From assembly GCA_964016885.1 (NCBI GenBank), contig OZ024740.1, positions 432,264,001 to 432,328,000 on the forward strand: a stretch of 64,000 bases of DNA, given 5' to 3'. Of the stretch, positions 18,001-36,000 are shown one piece after another. The notes under the pieces are model-generated. The model saw nothing but the letters and a program-made list of their open reading frames with translations, was not told the DNA's origin and did no database searches. Source of the DNA: Eledone cirrhosa (Eukaryota). Each line of letters starts with the position of its first letter. Position 1 is the first letter of the stretch. The position numbers were made by a program, and so were the translations under genes.

Positions 18001-21000
18001 ACCACTGTGACAATCCATAAACTACCACTATGACAATCCTGCTACCACTGTAACAATCCATCAACTACCACTGTGACAATCCATTAACTACCACTGTGAC
18101 AATCCATCAACTACCACTGTGACAATCCATCAACTACCACTGTGACAATCCATCAACTACCACTGTGACAATCCATCAACTACCACTGTGACAATCCATC
18201 AACTACCACTGTGACAATCCATCAACTACCACTGTGACAATCCATCAACTACCACTATGACAATCCATCAACTACCACTATGACAATCCTGCTACCACTG
18301 TAACAATCCATCAACTACCACTGTGACAATCCATCAACTACCACTGTGACAATCCATCAACTACCACTGTGACAATCCATCAACTACCACTGTGACAATC
18401 CATCAACAACCACTGTGACAATCCATCAACTACCACTGTGACAATCCATCAACTACCACTGTGACAATCCATCAACTACCACTGTGACAATCCATCAACT
18501 ACCACTGTGACAATCCATCAACTACCACTGTGACAATCCATCAACTACCACTGTGACAATCCATCAACTACCACTGTGACAATCCATCAACTACCACTAT
18601 GACAATCCATCAACTACCACTGTGACAATCCATCAACTACCACTGTGACAATCCATCAACTACCACTGTGACAATCCATCAACTACCACTGTGACAATCC
18701 ATCAACTACCACTATGACAATCCATCAACTACCACTATGACAATCCATCAACTACCACTGTGACAATCCATCAACTACCACTGTGACAATCCATCAACTA
18801 CCACTGTGACAATCCATCAACTACCACTGTGACAATCCATCAACTACCACTGTGACAATCCATCAACGACCACTGTGACAATCCATCAACTACCACTGTG
18901 ACAATCCATCAACTACCACTGTGACAATCCATCAACTACCACTGTGACAATCCATCAACTACCACTGTGACAATCCATCAACGACCACTGTGACAATCCA
19001 TCAACTACCACTGTGACAATCCATCAACTACCACTGTGACAATCCATCAACTACCACTGTGACAATCCATCAACTACCACTGTGACAATCCATCAACTAC
19101 CACTGTGACAATCCATCAACTACCACTGTGACAATCCATCAACTACCACTGTGACAATCCATCAACTACCACTGTGACAATCCATCAACTACCACTGTGA
19201 CAATCCATCAACTACCACTGTGACAATCCATCAACTACCACTGTGACAATCCATCAACTACCACTATGACAATCCTGCTACCACTGTGACAATCCATCAA
19301 CTACCACTGTGACAATCCATCAACTACCACTGTGACAATCCATCAACGACCACTGTGACAATCCATCAACTACCACTGTGACAATCCATCAACTACCACT
19401 GTGACAATCCATCAACTACCACTGTGACAATCCATCAACTACCACTGTGACAATCCATCAACTACCACTGTGACAATCCATCAACTACCACTGTGACAAT
19501 CCATCAACTACCACTATGACAATCCATCAACTACCACTATGACAATCCTGCTACCACTGTGACAATCCATCAACTACCACTGTGACAATCCATAAACTAC
19601 CACTATGACAATCCATCAACTACCACTGTGACAATCCATCAACTACCACAGTGACAATCCATCAACTACCACTGTGACAATCCATCAACTGCCACTATGA
19701 CAATCCATCAACTACCACTGTGACAATCCATCAACTACCACTGTGACAATCTAACAACTACCACTGTGACAATCCATCAACTACCACTGTGACAATCTAA
19801 CAACTACCACTGTGACAATCCATCAACTACCACTATGACAATCCTGCTACCACTATGACAATCCATCAACTACCACTGTGACAATCCATCAACTACCACT
19901 GTGACAATCCATCAACTCCCACTATGACAATCCATCAACTACCACTGTGACAATCCATCAACTACCACTATGACAATCCTGCTACCACTGTGACAATCCA
20001 TCAACTACCACTGTGACAATCCATCAACTACCACTGTGACAATCCATCAACTCCCACTATGACAATCCATCAACTACCACTGTGACAATCTAACAACTAC
20101 CACAGTGACAATCCATCAACTACCACTGTGACAATCCATCAACTGCCACTATGACAATCCATCAACTACCACTGTGACAATCCATCAACTACCACTGTGA
20201 CAATCCATCAACTACCACTGTGACAATCCATCAACTACCACTGTGACAATCCATCAACTACCACTGTGACAATCCATCAACTACCACTGTGACAATCCAT
20301 CAACTACCACTGTGACAATCCATCAACTACCACTGTGACAATCCATCAACTCCCACTATGACAATCCATCAACTACCACTGTGACAATCTAACAACTACC
20401 ACTGTGACAATCCATCAACTACCACTATGACAATCCTGCTACCACTATGACAATCCATCAACTACCACTGTGACAATCCATCAACTACCACTGTGACAAT
20501 CCATCAACTACCACTATGACAATCCATCAACTCCCACTATGACAATCCATCAACTACCACTATGACAATCCATCAACTACCACTGTGACAATCCATCAAC
20601 TACCACTATGACAATCCTGCTACCACTATGACAATCCATCAACTACCACTGTGACAATCCATCAACTACCACTGTGACAATCCATCAACTACCACTGTGA
20701 CAATCCATCAACTACCACTATGACGATCCATCAACTACCACTGTGACAATCCATCAACTACCACTGTGACAATCCATCAACTACCACTATGACGATCCAT
20801 CAACTACCACTGTGACAATCCATCAACTACCACTGTGACAATCCATCAACTACCACTATGACGATCCATCAACTACCACTATGACGATCCATCAACTACC
20901 ACTGTGACAATCCATCAACTACCACTGTGACAATCCATCAACTACCACTGTGACAATCCATCAACTACCACTGTGACAATCCATCAACTACCACTGTGAC

Positions 21001-24000
21001 CATCCATCAACTACCACTGTGACAATCCATCAACTACCACTGTGACAATCCATCAACTACCACTGTGACCATCCATCAACTACCACAGTGACAATCCATC
21101 AACTACCACTGTGACAATCCATCAACTACCACTATGACGATCCATCAACTACCACTGTGACAATCCATCAACTACCACTATGACAATCCATCAACTACCA
21201 CTGTGACAATCCATCAACTACCACTGTGACAATCCATCAACTACCACTGTGACCATCCATCAACTACCACTGTGACCATCCATCAACTACCACTGTGACA
21301 ATCCATCAACTACCACTATGACAATCCATCAACTACCACTGTGACAATCCATCAACTACCACTATGACGATCCATCAACTACCACTATGACAATCCTGCT
21401 ACCACTGTGACAATCCATCAACTACCACTATGACAATCCATCAACTCCCACTATGACAATCCATCAACTACCACTGTGACAATCCATCAACTACCACTAT
21501 GACAATCCATCAACTACCACTATGACAATCCATCAACTACCACTGTGACAATCCATCAACTACCACTATGACAATCCTGCTACCACTGTGACAATCCATC
21601 AACTACCACTGTGACAATCCATCAACTACCACTATGACAATCCATCAACTCCCACTATGACAATCCATCAACTACCACTGTGACAATCCATCAACTACCA
21701 CTGTGACAATCTAACAACTACCACTGTGACAATCCATCAACTACCACTGTGACAATCCTGCTACCACTATGACAATCCATCAACTACCACTGTGACAATC
21801 TAACAACTACCACTGTGACAATCCATCAACTACCACTGTGACAATCCTGCTACCACTATGACAATCCATCAACTACCACTGTGACAATCCATCAACTACC
21901 ACTATGACAATCCATCAACTCCCACTATGACAATCCATCAACTACCACTGTGACAATCTAACAACTACCACTGTGACAATCCATCAACTACCACTGTGAC
22001 AATCCTGCTACCACTATGACAATCCATCAACTACCACTGTGACAATCCATCAACTACCACTATGACAATCCATCAACTCCCACTATGACGATCCATCAAC
22101 TACCACTGTGACAATCCATCAACTACCACTGTGACAATCCATCAACTACCACTGTGACAATCCATCAACTACCACTATGACAATCCATCAACTACCACTG
22201 TGACAATCCATCAACTACCACTATGACAATCCTGCTACCACTGTGACAATCCATCAACTACCACTGTGACAATCCATCAACTACCACTGTGACAATCCAT
22301 CAACTACCACTGTGACAATCCATCAACTACCACTGTGACAATCCATCAACTACCACTATGACAATCCATCAACTACCACTGTGACAATCCATCAACTACC
22401 ACTGTGACCATCCATCAACTACCACTGTGACAATCCATCAACTACCACTGTGACAATCCATCAACTACCACTGTGACAATCCATCAACTACTACTGTGAC
22501 AATCCATCAACTACCACTGTGACAATCCATCAACTACCACTATGACAATCCATCAACTACCACTGTGACAATCCATCAACTACCACTATGACAATCCTGC
22601 TACCACTGTGACAATCCATCAACTACCACTGTGACCATCCATCAACTACCACTGTAACAATCCATCAACTACCACTGTGACAATCCATCAACTACCACTA
22701 TGACAATCCATCAACTACCACTGTGACAATCCATCAACTACCACTATGACAATCCTGCTACCACTGTGACAATCCATCAACTACCACTGTGACCATCCAT
22801 CAACTACCACTGTAACAATCCATCAACTACCACTGTGACAATCCATCAACTACCACTGTAACAATCCATCAACTACCACTATGACAATCCATCAACTACC
22901 ACTGTGACAATCCATCAACTACCACTGTGACAATCCATCAACTACCACTGTGACAATCCATCAACTACCACTGTGACAATCCATCAACTACCACTGTGAC
23001 AATCCATCAACTACCACTGTGACAATCCATCAACTACCACTATGACAATCCTGCTACCACTGTGACAATCCATCAACTACCACTGTGACCATCCATCAAC
23101 TACCACTGTAACAATCCATCAACTACCACTATGACAATCCATCAACTACCACTGTGACAATCCATCAACTACCACTGTGACAATCCATCAACTACCACTA
23201 TGACAATCCTGCTACCACTGTGACAATCCATCAACTACCACTGTGACCATCCATCAACTACCACTGTGACCATCCATCAACTACCACTGTAACAATCCAT
23301 CAACTACCACTATGACAATCCATCAACTACCACTGTGACAATCCATCAACTACCACTGTGACCATCCATCAACTACCACTATGACAATCCTGCTACCACT
23401 GTAACAATCCATCAACTACCACTGTGACAATCCATCAACTACCACTATGACAATCCTGCTACCACTGTAACAATCCATCAACTACCACTGTGACAATCCA
23501 TCAACTACCACTGTGACAATCCATCAACTACCACTGTGACAATCCATCAACTACCACTGTGACAATCCATCAACGACCACTGTGACAATCCATCAACTAC
23601 CACTGTGACAATCCATCAACTACCACTGTGACAATCCATCAACTACCACTGTGACAATCCATCAACTACCACTGTGACAATCCATCAACTACCACTGTGA
23701 CAATCCATCAACTACCACTGTGACAATCCATCAACTACCACTGTGACAATCCATCAACTACCACTGTGACAATCCATCAACTACCACTGTGACAATCCAT
23801 CAACTACCACTGTGACAATCCATCAACTACCACTATGACAATCCATCAACTACCACTATGACAATCCTGCTACCACTGTGACAATCCATCAACTACCACT
23901 GTGACAATCCATAAACTACCACTATGACAATCCATCAACTACCACTGTGACAATCCATCAACTACCACAGTGACAATCCATCAACTACCACTGTGACAAT

Positions 24001-27000
24001 CCATCAACTACCACTATGACAATCCATCAACTACCACTGTGACAATCCATCAACTACCACTGTGACAATCTAACAACTACCACTATGACGATCCATCAAC
24101 TACCACTGTGACAATCCATCAACTACCACTGTGACAATCCATCAACTACCACTGTGACAATCCATCAACTACCACTGTGGCAATCCATCAACTACCACTA
24201 TGACAATCCATCAACTACCACTGTGACCATCCATCAACTACCACTGTGACAATCCATCAACTACCACTATGACAATCCATCAACTACCACTGTGACAATC
24301 CATCAACTACCACTATGACAATCCATCAACTACCACTATGACAATCCATCAACTACCACTGTGACAATCCATCAACTACCACTGTGACAATCCATCAACT
24401 ACCACTATGACAATCCTGCTACCACCGTGACAATCCATCAACTACCACTGTGACAATCCATCAACTACCACTGTGACAATCCATCAACTACCACTGTGAC
24501 AATCCATCAACTACCACTGTGACAATCCATCAACTACAACCGTGACAATCCATCAACTACCACTGTGACAATCCATCAACTACCACTGTGACAATCCATC
24601 AACTACCACTATGACAATCCATCAACTACCACTGTGACAATCCATCAACTACCACTGTGACCATCCATCAACTACCACTGTGACAATCCATCAACTACCA
24701 CTGTGACAATCCATCAACTACCACTGTGACAATCCATCAACTACAACTGTGACAATCCATCAACTACTACTGTGACAATCCATCAACTACCACTGTGACA
24801 ATCCATCAACTACCACTGACAATCCATCAACTACCACTGTGACAATCCATCAACTACCACTATGACAATCCTGCTACCACTGTGACAATCCATCAACTAC
24901 CATTGTGACCATCCATCAACTACCACTGTAACAATCCATCAACTACCACTGTGACAATCCATCAACTACCACTGTGACAATCCATCAACTACCACTGTGA
25001 CCATCCTGCTACCACTGTGACAATCCATCAACTACCACTGTGACCATCCATCAACTACCACTGTGACAATCCATCAACTACCACTGTGACAATCCATCAA
25101 CTACCACTGTGACAATCCATCAACTACCACTGTGACAATCCATCAACTACCACTATGACAATCCTGCTACCACTGTGACAATCCATCAACTACCACTGTG
25201 ACCATCCATCAACTACCACTGTAACAATCCATCAACTACCACTATGACAATCCATCAACTACCACTGTGACAATCCATCAACTACCACTGTGACAATCCA
25301 TCAACTACCACTGTGACAATCCATCAACTACCACTATGACAATCCTGCTACCACTGTGACAATCCATCAACTACCACTGTGACCATCCATCAACTACCAC
25401 TGTAACAATCCATCAACTCCCACTATGACAATCCATCAACAACCACTGTGACAATCCATCAACTACCACTGTGACAATCCATCAACTACCACTGTGACAA
25501 TCCATCAACTACCACTGTGACAATCCAACAACTACCACTGTGACAATCCATCAACTACCACTGTGACAATCCATCAACTACCACTGTGACCATCCATCAA
25601 CCACCACTGTGACAATCCATCAACTACCACTGTGACAATCCATCAACTACCACTATGACAATCCTGCTACCACTGTGACAATCCATCAACTACCACTGTG
25701 ACAATCCATCAACTACCACTATGACAATCCATCGACTACCACTGTGACAATCCATCAACTACCACTGTGACAATCCATCAACTACCACTGTGACAATCCA
25801 TCAACTACCACTGTGACAATCCATCAACTACCACTGTGACCATCCATCAACTACCACTGTGACAATCCATCAACTACCACTGTGACCATCCATCAACTAC
25901 CACTGTGACAATCCATCAACTACCACTGTGACCATCCATCAACTACCACTGTGACAATCCATCAACTACCACTATGACAATCCTGCTACCACTGTGACAA
26001 TCCATCAACTACCACTGTGACAATCCATCAACTACCACGGTGACAATCCATCAACTACCACTGTGACAATCCATCAACTACCACTGTGACCATCCATCAA
26101 CTACCACTGTGACAATCCTGCTACCACTGTGACAATCCATCAACTACCAGTGACAATCCATCAACTACCACTGTGACAATCCATCAACTACCACTATGAC
26201 AATCCATCAACTACCACTGTGACAATCCATCAACTACCACTGTGACAATCCATCAACTACCACTGTGACAATCCTGCTACCACTGTGACAATCCATCAAC
26301 TACCACTATGACAATCCTGCTACCACTGTGACAATCCATCAACTACCACTGTGACAATCCATCAACTACCACTGTGACCATCCATCAACTACCACTATGA
26401 CAATCCTGCTACCACTGTAACAATCCATCAACTACCACTGTGACAATCCAACTACCACTGTGACAATCCATCAACTACCACTGTGACAATCCATCAACTA
26501 CCACTGTGACAATCCATCAACTACCACTGTGACAATCCATCAACTACCACTATGACAATCCTGCTACCACTGTAACAATCCATCAACTACCACTGTGACA
26601 ATCCTGCTACCACTGTGACAATCCATCAACTACCACTGTGACAATCCATCAACTACCACTGTGACAATCCATCAACTACCACTATGACAATCCTGCTACC
26701 ACTGTGACAATCCATCAACTACCACTGTGACAATCCATCAACTACCACTGTGACAATCCATCAACTACCACTGTGACAATCCATCAACTACCACTGTGAC
26801 AATCCATCAACTACCACTATGACAATCCTGCTACCACTGTGACAATCCATCAACTACCACTGTGACAATCCATCAACTACCACTGTGACAATCCATCAAC
26901 TACCACTGTGACAATCCATCAACTACCACTGTGACAATCCATCAACTACCACTGTGACAATCCATCAACTACCACTGTGACAATCCATCAACTACCACTA

Positions 27001-30000
27001 TGACAATCCATCAACTACCACTATGACAATCCTGCTACCACTGTGACAATCCATCAACTACCACTGTGACAATCCATCAACTACCACTGTGACAATCCAT
27101 CAACTACCACTATGACAATCCATCAACTACCACTATGACAATCATGCTACCACTGTGACAATCCATCAACTACCACTGTGACAATCCATCAACTACCACT
27201 GTGACAATCCTGCTACCACTGTGACAATCCATCAACTACCACTGTGACAATCCATCAACTACCACTGTGACAATCCATCAACTACCACTATGACAATCCT
27301 GCTACCACTGTGACAATCCATCAACTACCACTGTGACAATCCATCAACTACCACTGTGACAATCCATCAACTACCACTATGACAATCCTGCTACCACTGT
27401 GACAATCCATCAACTACCACTGTGACAATCCATCAACTACCACTGTGACAATCCATCAACTACCACTATGACAATCCATCAACTACCACTATGACAATCC
27501 TGCTACCACTGTGACAATCCATCAACTACCACTGTGACAATCCATCAACTACCACTGTGACAATCCATCAACTACCACTGTGACAATCCATCAACTACCA
27601 CTATGACAATCCATCAACTACCACTATGACAATCCTGCTACCACTGTGACAATCCATCAACTACCACTGTGACAATCCATCAACTACCACTGTGACAATC
27701 CATCAACTACCACTGTGACAATCCATCAACTACCACTGTGACAATCCATCAACTACCACTGTGACAATCCATCAACTACCACTGTGACAATCCATCAACT
27801 ACCACTGTGACAATCCATCAACTACCACTGTGACAATCCATCAACTACCACTGTGACAATCCATCAACTACCACTATGACAATCCATCAACTACCACTAT
27901 GACAATCCTGCTACCACTGTGACAATCCATCAACTACCACTGTGACAATCCATCAACTACCACTGTGACAATCCATCAACTACCACTGTGACAATCCATC
28001 AACTACCACTGTGACAATCCATCAACTACCACTGTGACAATCCATCAACTACCACTATGACAATCCATCAACTACCACTATGACAATCCTGCTACCACTG
28101 TGACAATCCATCAACTACCACTGTGACAATCCATCAACTACCACTGTGACAATCCATCAACTACCACTGTGACAATCCATCAACTACCACTGTGACAATC
28201 CATCAACTACCACTGTGACAATCCATCAACTACCACTGTGACAATCCATCAACTACCACTGTGACAATCCATCAACTACCACTGTGACAATCCATCAACT
28301 ACCACTGTGACAATCCATCAACTACCACTGTGACAATCCATCAACTACCACTGTGACAATCCATCAACTACCACTGTGACAATCCATCAACTACCACTAT
28401 GACAATCCTGCTACCACTGTAACAATCCATCAACTACCACTGTGACAATCCATTAACTACCACTGTGACAATCCATCAACTACCACAGTGACAATCCATC
28501 AACTACCACTGTGACAATCCATCAACTACCACTGTGACAATCCATCAACTACCACTGTGACAATCCATCAACTACCACAGTGACAATCCATCAACTACCA
28601 CTGTGACAATCCATCAACTACCACAGTGACAATCCATCAACTACCACTGTGACAATCCATCAACTACCACTGTGACAATCCATCAACTACCACTGTGACA
28701 ATCCATCAACTACCACTGTGACAATCCATCAACTACCACTGTGACAATCCATCAACTACCACTGTGACAATCCATCAACTACCACTGTGACAATCCATCA
28801 ACTACCACTGTGACAATCCATCAACTACCACTGTGACAATCCATCAACTACCACTGTGACAATCCATCAACTACCACTGTGACAATCCATCAACTACCAC
28901 TGTGACCATCCATCAACTACCACTGTGACAATCCATGAACTACCACTGTGACCATCCATCAACTACCACTGTGACAATCCATCAACTACCACTGTGACAA
29001 TCCATCAACTACCACTGTGACAATCCATCAACTACCACTGTGACCATCCATCAACTACCACTGTGACAATCCATGAACTACCACTGTGACCATCCATCAA
29101 CTACCACTGTGACAATCCATGAACTACCACTGTGACCATCCATCAACTACCACTGTGACAATCCATCAACTACCACTGTGACAATCCATCAACTACCACT
29201 GTGACAATCCATCAACTACCACTGTGACAATCCTGCTACCACTATGACAATACATCAACTACCACTGTGACAATCCATCAACTACCACTGTGACAATCCT
29301 GCTACCACTATGACAATCCATCAACTACCACTATGACAATCCATCAACTACCACTGTGACAATCCATCAACTACCACTGTGACAATCCATCAACTACCAC
29401 TGTGACAATCCTGCTACCACTGTGACAATCCATCAACTACCACTATGACAATCCATCAACTACCACTGTGACAATCCATCAACTACCACTGTGACAATCC
29501 ATCAACTACCACTGTGACCATCCATCAACTACCACTGTGACAATCCTGCTACCACTGTGACAATCCATCAACTACCACTATGACAATCCTGCTACCACTG
29601 TGACAATCCATCAACTACCACTATGACAATCCTGCTGCCACTGTGACAATCCATCAACTACCACTGTGACAATCCATCAACTACCACTATGACAATCCAT
29701 CAACTACCACTGTGACAATCCATCAACTACCACTGTGACAATCCATCAACTACCACTATGACAATCCATCAACTACCACTGTGACAATCCATCAACTACC
29801 ACTGTGACAATCCATCAACTACCACTGTGACAATCCATCAACTACCACTATGACAATCCATCAACTACCACTGTGACAATCCATCAACTACCACTGTGAC
29901 AATCCATCAACTACCACTATGACAATCCATCAACTACCACTGTGACAATCCATCAACTACCACTGTGACAATCCATCAACTACCACTATGACAATCCATC

Positions 30001-33000
30001 AACTACCACTGTGACAATCCATCAACTACCACTGTGACAATCCATCAACTACCACTGTGACAATCCATCAACTACCACTGTGACAATCCATCAACTACCA
30101 CTGTGACAATCCAACAACTACCACTGTGACAATCCATCAACTACCACTGTGACAATCCAACAACTACCACTGTGACAATCCATCAACTACCACTGTGACA
30201 ATCCATCAACTACCACTGTGACAATCCATCAACTACCACTGTGACCATCCATCAACTACCACTGTGACAATCCTGCTACCACTGTGACAATCCATCAACT
30301 ACCACTATGACAATCCTGCTACCACTGTGACAATCCATCAACTACCACTGTGACAATCCATCAACTACCACTGTGACAATCCATCAACTACCACTATGAC
30401 AATCCATCAACTACCACTATGACAATCCTGCTACCACTGTAACAATCCATCAACTACCACTGTGACAATCCATCAACTACCACTGTGACAATCCATCAAC
30501 TACCACTGTGACAATCCATCAACTACCACTGTGACAATCCATCAACTACCACTGTGACAATCCATCAACTACCACTGTGACAATCCATCAACTACCACTA
30601 TGACAATCCTGCTACCACTGTAACAATCCATCAACTACCACTGTGACAATCCATCAACTACCACTGTGACAATCCATCAACTACCACTGTGACAATCCAT
30701 CAACTACCACTGTGACAATCCATCAACTACCACTGTGACAATCCATCAACTACCACTGTGACAATCCATCAACTACCACTGTGACAATCCATCAACTACC
30801 ACTGTGACAATCCATCAACTACCACTGTGACAATCCATCAACTACCACTGTGACCATCCATCAACTACCACTGTGACAATCCTGCTACCAGTGTGACAAT
30901 CCATCAACTACCACTGTGACAATCCTGCTACCACTGTGACAATCCATCAACTACCACTGTGACAATCCATCAACTACCACTGTGACAATCCATCAACTAC
31001 CACTGTGACAATCCATCAACTACCACTGTGACAATCCATCAACTACCACTGTGACAATCCATCAACTACCACTATGACAATCCTGCTACCACTGTAACAA
31101 TCCATCAACTACCACTGTGACAATCCATTAACTACCACTGTGACAATCCATCAACTACCACAGTGACAATCCATCAACTACCACTGTGACAATCCATCAA
31201 CTACCACTGTGACAATCCATCAACTACCACTGTGACAATCCATCAACTACCACAGTGACAATCCATCAACTACCACTGTGACAATCCATCAACTACCACT
31301 GTGACAATCCATCAACTACCACTGTGACAATCCATCAACTACCACTGTGACAATCCATCAACTACCACTGTGACAATCCATCAACTACCACTGTGACAAT
31401 CCATCAACTACCACTGTGACAATCCATCAACTACCACTGTGACAATCCATCAACTACCACTGTGACAATCCATCAACTACCACTGTGACAATCTATCAAC
31501 TACCACTGTGACAATCCATCAACTACCACTGTGACAATCCATCAACTACCACTGTGACCATCCATCAACTACCACTGTGACAATCCATGAACTACCACTG
31601 TGACAATCCATCAACTACCACTGTGACAATCCATCAACTACCACTGTGACAATCCATCAACTACCACTGTGACAATCCATCAACTACCACTGTGACCATC
31701 CATCAACTACCACTGTGACAATCCATGAACTACCACTGTGACCATCCATCAACTACCACTGTGACAATCCATGAACTACCACTGTGACCATCCATCAACT
31801 ACCACTGTGACCATCCATCAACTACCACTGTGACAATCCATCAACTACCACTGTGACAATCCATCAACTACCACTGTGACAATCCATCAACTACCACTGT
31901 GACAATCCTGCTACCACTATGACAATACATCAACTACCACTGTGACAATCCATCAACTACCACTGTGACAATCCTGCTACCACTATGACAATCCATCAAC
32001 TACCACTATGACAATCCATCAACTACCACTGTGACAATCCATCAACTACCACTGTGACAATCCATCAACTACCACTGTGACCATCCATCAACTACCACTG
32101 TGACAATCCTGCTACCACTGTGACAATCCATCAACTACCACTATGACAATCCTGCTACCACTGTGACAATCCATCAACTACCACTATGACAATCCTGCTA
32201 CCACTGTGACAATCCATCAACTACCACTGTGACAATCCATCAACTACCACTGTGACAATCCATCAACTACCACTGTGACAATCCATCAACTACCACTGTG
32301 ACAATCCTGCTACCACTATGACAATACATCAACTACCACTGTGACAATCCATCAACTACCACTGTGACCATCCATCAACTACCACTGTGACAATCCTGCT
32401 ACCACTGTGACAATCCATCAACTACCACTATGACAATCCTGCTACCACTGTGACAATCCATCAACTACCACTATGACAATCCTGCTACCACTGTGACAAT
32501 CCATCAACTACCACTGTGACAATCCATCAACTACCACTATGACAATCCATCAACTACCACTGTGACAATCCATCAACTACCACTGTGACAATCCATCAAC
32601 TACCACTATGACAATCCATCAACTACCACTGTGACAATCCATCAACTACCACTGTGACAATCCATCAACTACCACTGTGACAATCCATCAACTACCACTA
32701 TGACAATCCATCAACTACCACTGTGACAATCCATCAACTACCACTGTGACAATCCAACAACTACCACTGTGACAATCCATCAACTACCACTGTGACAATC
32801 CAACAACTACCACTGTGACAATCCATCAACTACCACTGTGACAATCCATCAACTACCACTGTGACAATCCATCAACTACCACTGTGACCATCCATCAACT
32901 ACCACTGTGACAATCCATCAACTACCACTGTGACAATCCATCAACTACCACTGTGACAATCCATCAACTACCACTGTGACAATCTATCAACTACCACTGT

Positions 33001-36000
33001 GACCATCCATCAACTACCACTATGACAATCCATCAACTACCACTGTGACAATACATCAACTACCACTGTGACAATCCATCAACTACCACTGTGACAATCC
33101 TGCTACCACTATGACAATCCATCAACTACCACTATGACAATCCATCAACTACCACTGTGACAATCCATCAACTACCACTGTGACAATCCATCAACTACCA
33201 CTGTGACAATCCATCAACTACCACTGTGACAATCCTGCTACCACTATGACAATCCATCAACTACCACTATGACAATCCATCAACTACCACTGTGACAATC
33301 CATCAACTACCACTGTGACAATCCATCAACTACCACTGTGACAATCCATCAACTACCACTATGACAATCCATCAACTACCACTATGACAATCCTGCTACC
33401 ACTGTGACAATCCATCAACTACCACTATGACGATCCATCAACTACCACTGTGACAATCCATCAACTACCACTATGACAATCCTGCTACCACTGTGACAAT
33501 CCATCAACTACCACTGTGACAATCCATCAACTACCACTATGACAATCCATCAACTACCACTATGACAATCCATCAACTACCACTATGACAATCCATCAAC
33601 TACCACTGTGACAATCCATCAACTACCACTGTGACAATCCATCAACTACCACTATGACAATCCTGCTACCACTGTGACAATCCATCAACTACCACTGTGA
33701 CAATCCATCAACTACCACTATGACAATCCATCAACTACCACTGTGACAATCCATCAACTACCACTGTGACAATCCATCAACTACCACTATGACAATCCTG
33801 CTACCACTGTGACAATCCATCAACTACCACTGTGACAATCCATCAACTACCACTATGACAATCCATCAACTACCACTATGACAATCCATCAACTACCACT
33901 ATGACGATCCATCAACTACCACTGTGACAATCCATCAACTACCACTATGACAATCCTGCTACCACTGTGACAATCCATCAACTACCACTGTGACAATCCA
34001 TCAACTACCACTATGACAATCCATCAACTACCACTATGACAATCCATCAACTACCACTGTGACAATCCATCAACTACCACTGTGACAATCCATGAACTAC
34101 CACTGTGACAATCCATCAACTACCACTGTGACAATCCATCAACTACCACTATGACAATCCATCAACTACCACTGTGACAATCCATCAACTACCACTGTGA
34201 CAATCCTGCTACCACTGTGACAATCCATCAACTACCACTGTGACAATCCATCAACTACCACTGTGACAATCCATCAACTACCACTGTGACAATCCATCAA
34301 CTACCACTGTGACAATCCATCAACTACCACTATGACAATCCATCAACTACCACTGTGACAATCCATCAACTACCACTATGACGATCCATCAACTACCACT
34401 GTGACCATCCATCAACTACCACTGTGACAATCCATCAACTACCACTGTGACAATCCATCAACTACCACTGTGACAATCCATCAACTACCACTGTGACAAT
34501 CCATCAACTACCACTGTGACAATCCTGCTACCACTGTGACAATCCATCAACTACCACTGTGACAATCCTGCTACCACTATGACAATCCATCACTACCACT
34601 ATGACAATCCATCAACTACCACTGTGACAATCCATCAACTACCACTGTGACAATCCTGCTACCACTGTGACAATCCATCAACTACCACTGTGACAATCCA
34701 TCAACTACCACTGTGACAATCCATCAACTACCACTATGACAATCCTGCTACCACTGTGACAATCCATCAACTACCACTGTGACAATCCATCAACTACCAC
34801 TGTGACAATCCATCAACTACAACTGTGACAATCCATCAACAACCACTATGACAATCTTGCTACCACTGTGACAATCCATCAACTACCACTGTGACAATCC
34901 ATCAACTACCACTATGACAATCCATCAACTACCACTGTGACAATCCATCAACTACCATTGAGACAATCCATCAACTACTACTGTGACAATCCATCAACTA
35001 CCACTGTGACCATCCATCAACTACCACTGTGACAATCCTGCTACCACTATGACCATCCATCAACTACCACTATGACAATCCATCAACTACCACTGTGACA
35101 ATCCATCAACTACCACTGTGACAATCCATCAACTACCACTGTGACAATCCTGCTACCACTATGACAATCCATCAACTACCACTATGACAATCCATCAACT
35201 ACCACTGTGACAATCCATCAACTACCACTGTGACAATCCATCAACTACCACTGTGACAATCCTGCTACCACTGTGACAATCCATCAACTACCACTGTGAC
35301 AATCCATCAACTACCACTGTGACAATCCATCAACTACCACTGTGACAATCCATCAACTACCACTGTGACAATCCATCAACTACCACTGTGACAATCCATC
35401 AACTACCACTGTGACAATCCATCAACTACCACTGTGACAATCCATCAACTACCACTATGACAATCCATCAACTACCACTGTGACCATCCATCAACTACCA
35501 CTGTGACAATCCAACAACTACCACTATGACAATCCATCAACTACCACTATGACAATCCTGCTACCACTGTGACAATCCATCAACTACCACTGTGACAATC
35601 CATCAACTACCACTGTGACAATCCATCAACTACCACTGTGACAATCCATCAACTACCACTGTGACAATCCATCAACTACCACTGTGACAATCCATCAACT
35701 ACCACTGTGACAATCCATCAACTACCACTGTGACAATCCATCAACTACCACTGTGACAATCCATCAACTACCACTGTGACCATCCATCAACTACCACTGT
35801 GACAATCCATCAACTACCACTGTGACAATCCATCAACTACCACTGTGACAATCCATCAACTACCACTGTGACCATCCTGCTACCACTGTGACAATCCATC
35901 AACTACCACTGTGACCATCCATCAACTACCACTGTGACAATCCATCAACTACCACTGTGACAATCCATCAACTACCACTGTGACAATCCATCAACTACCA

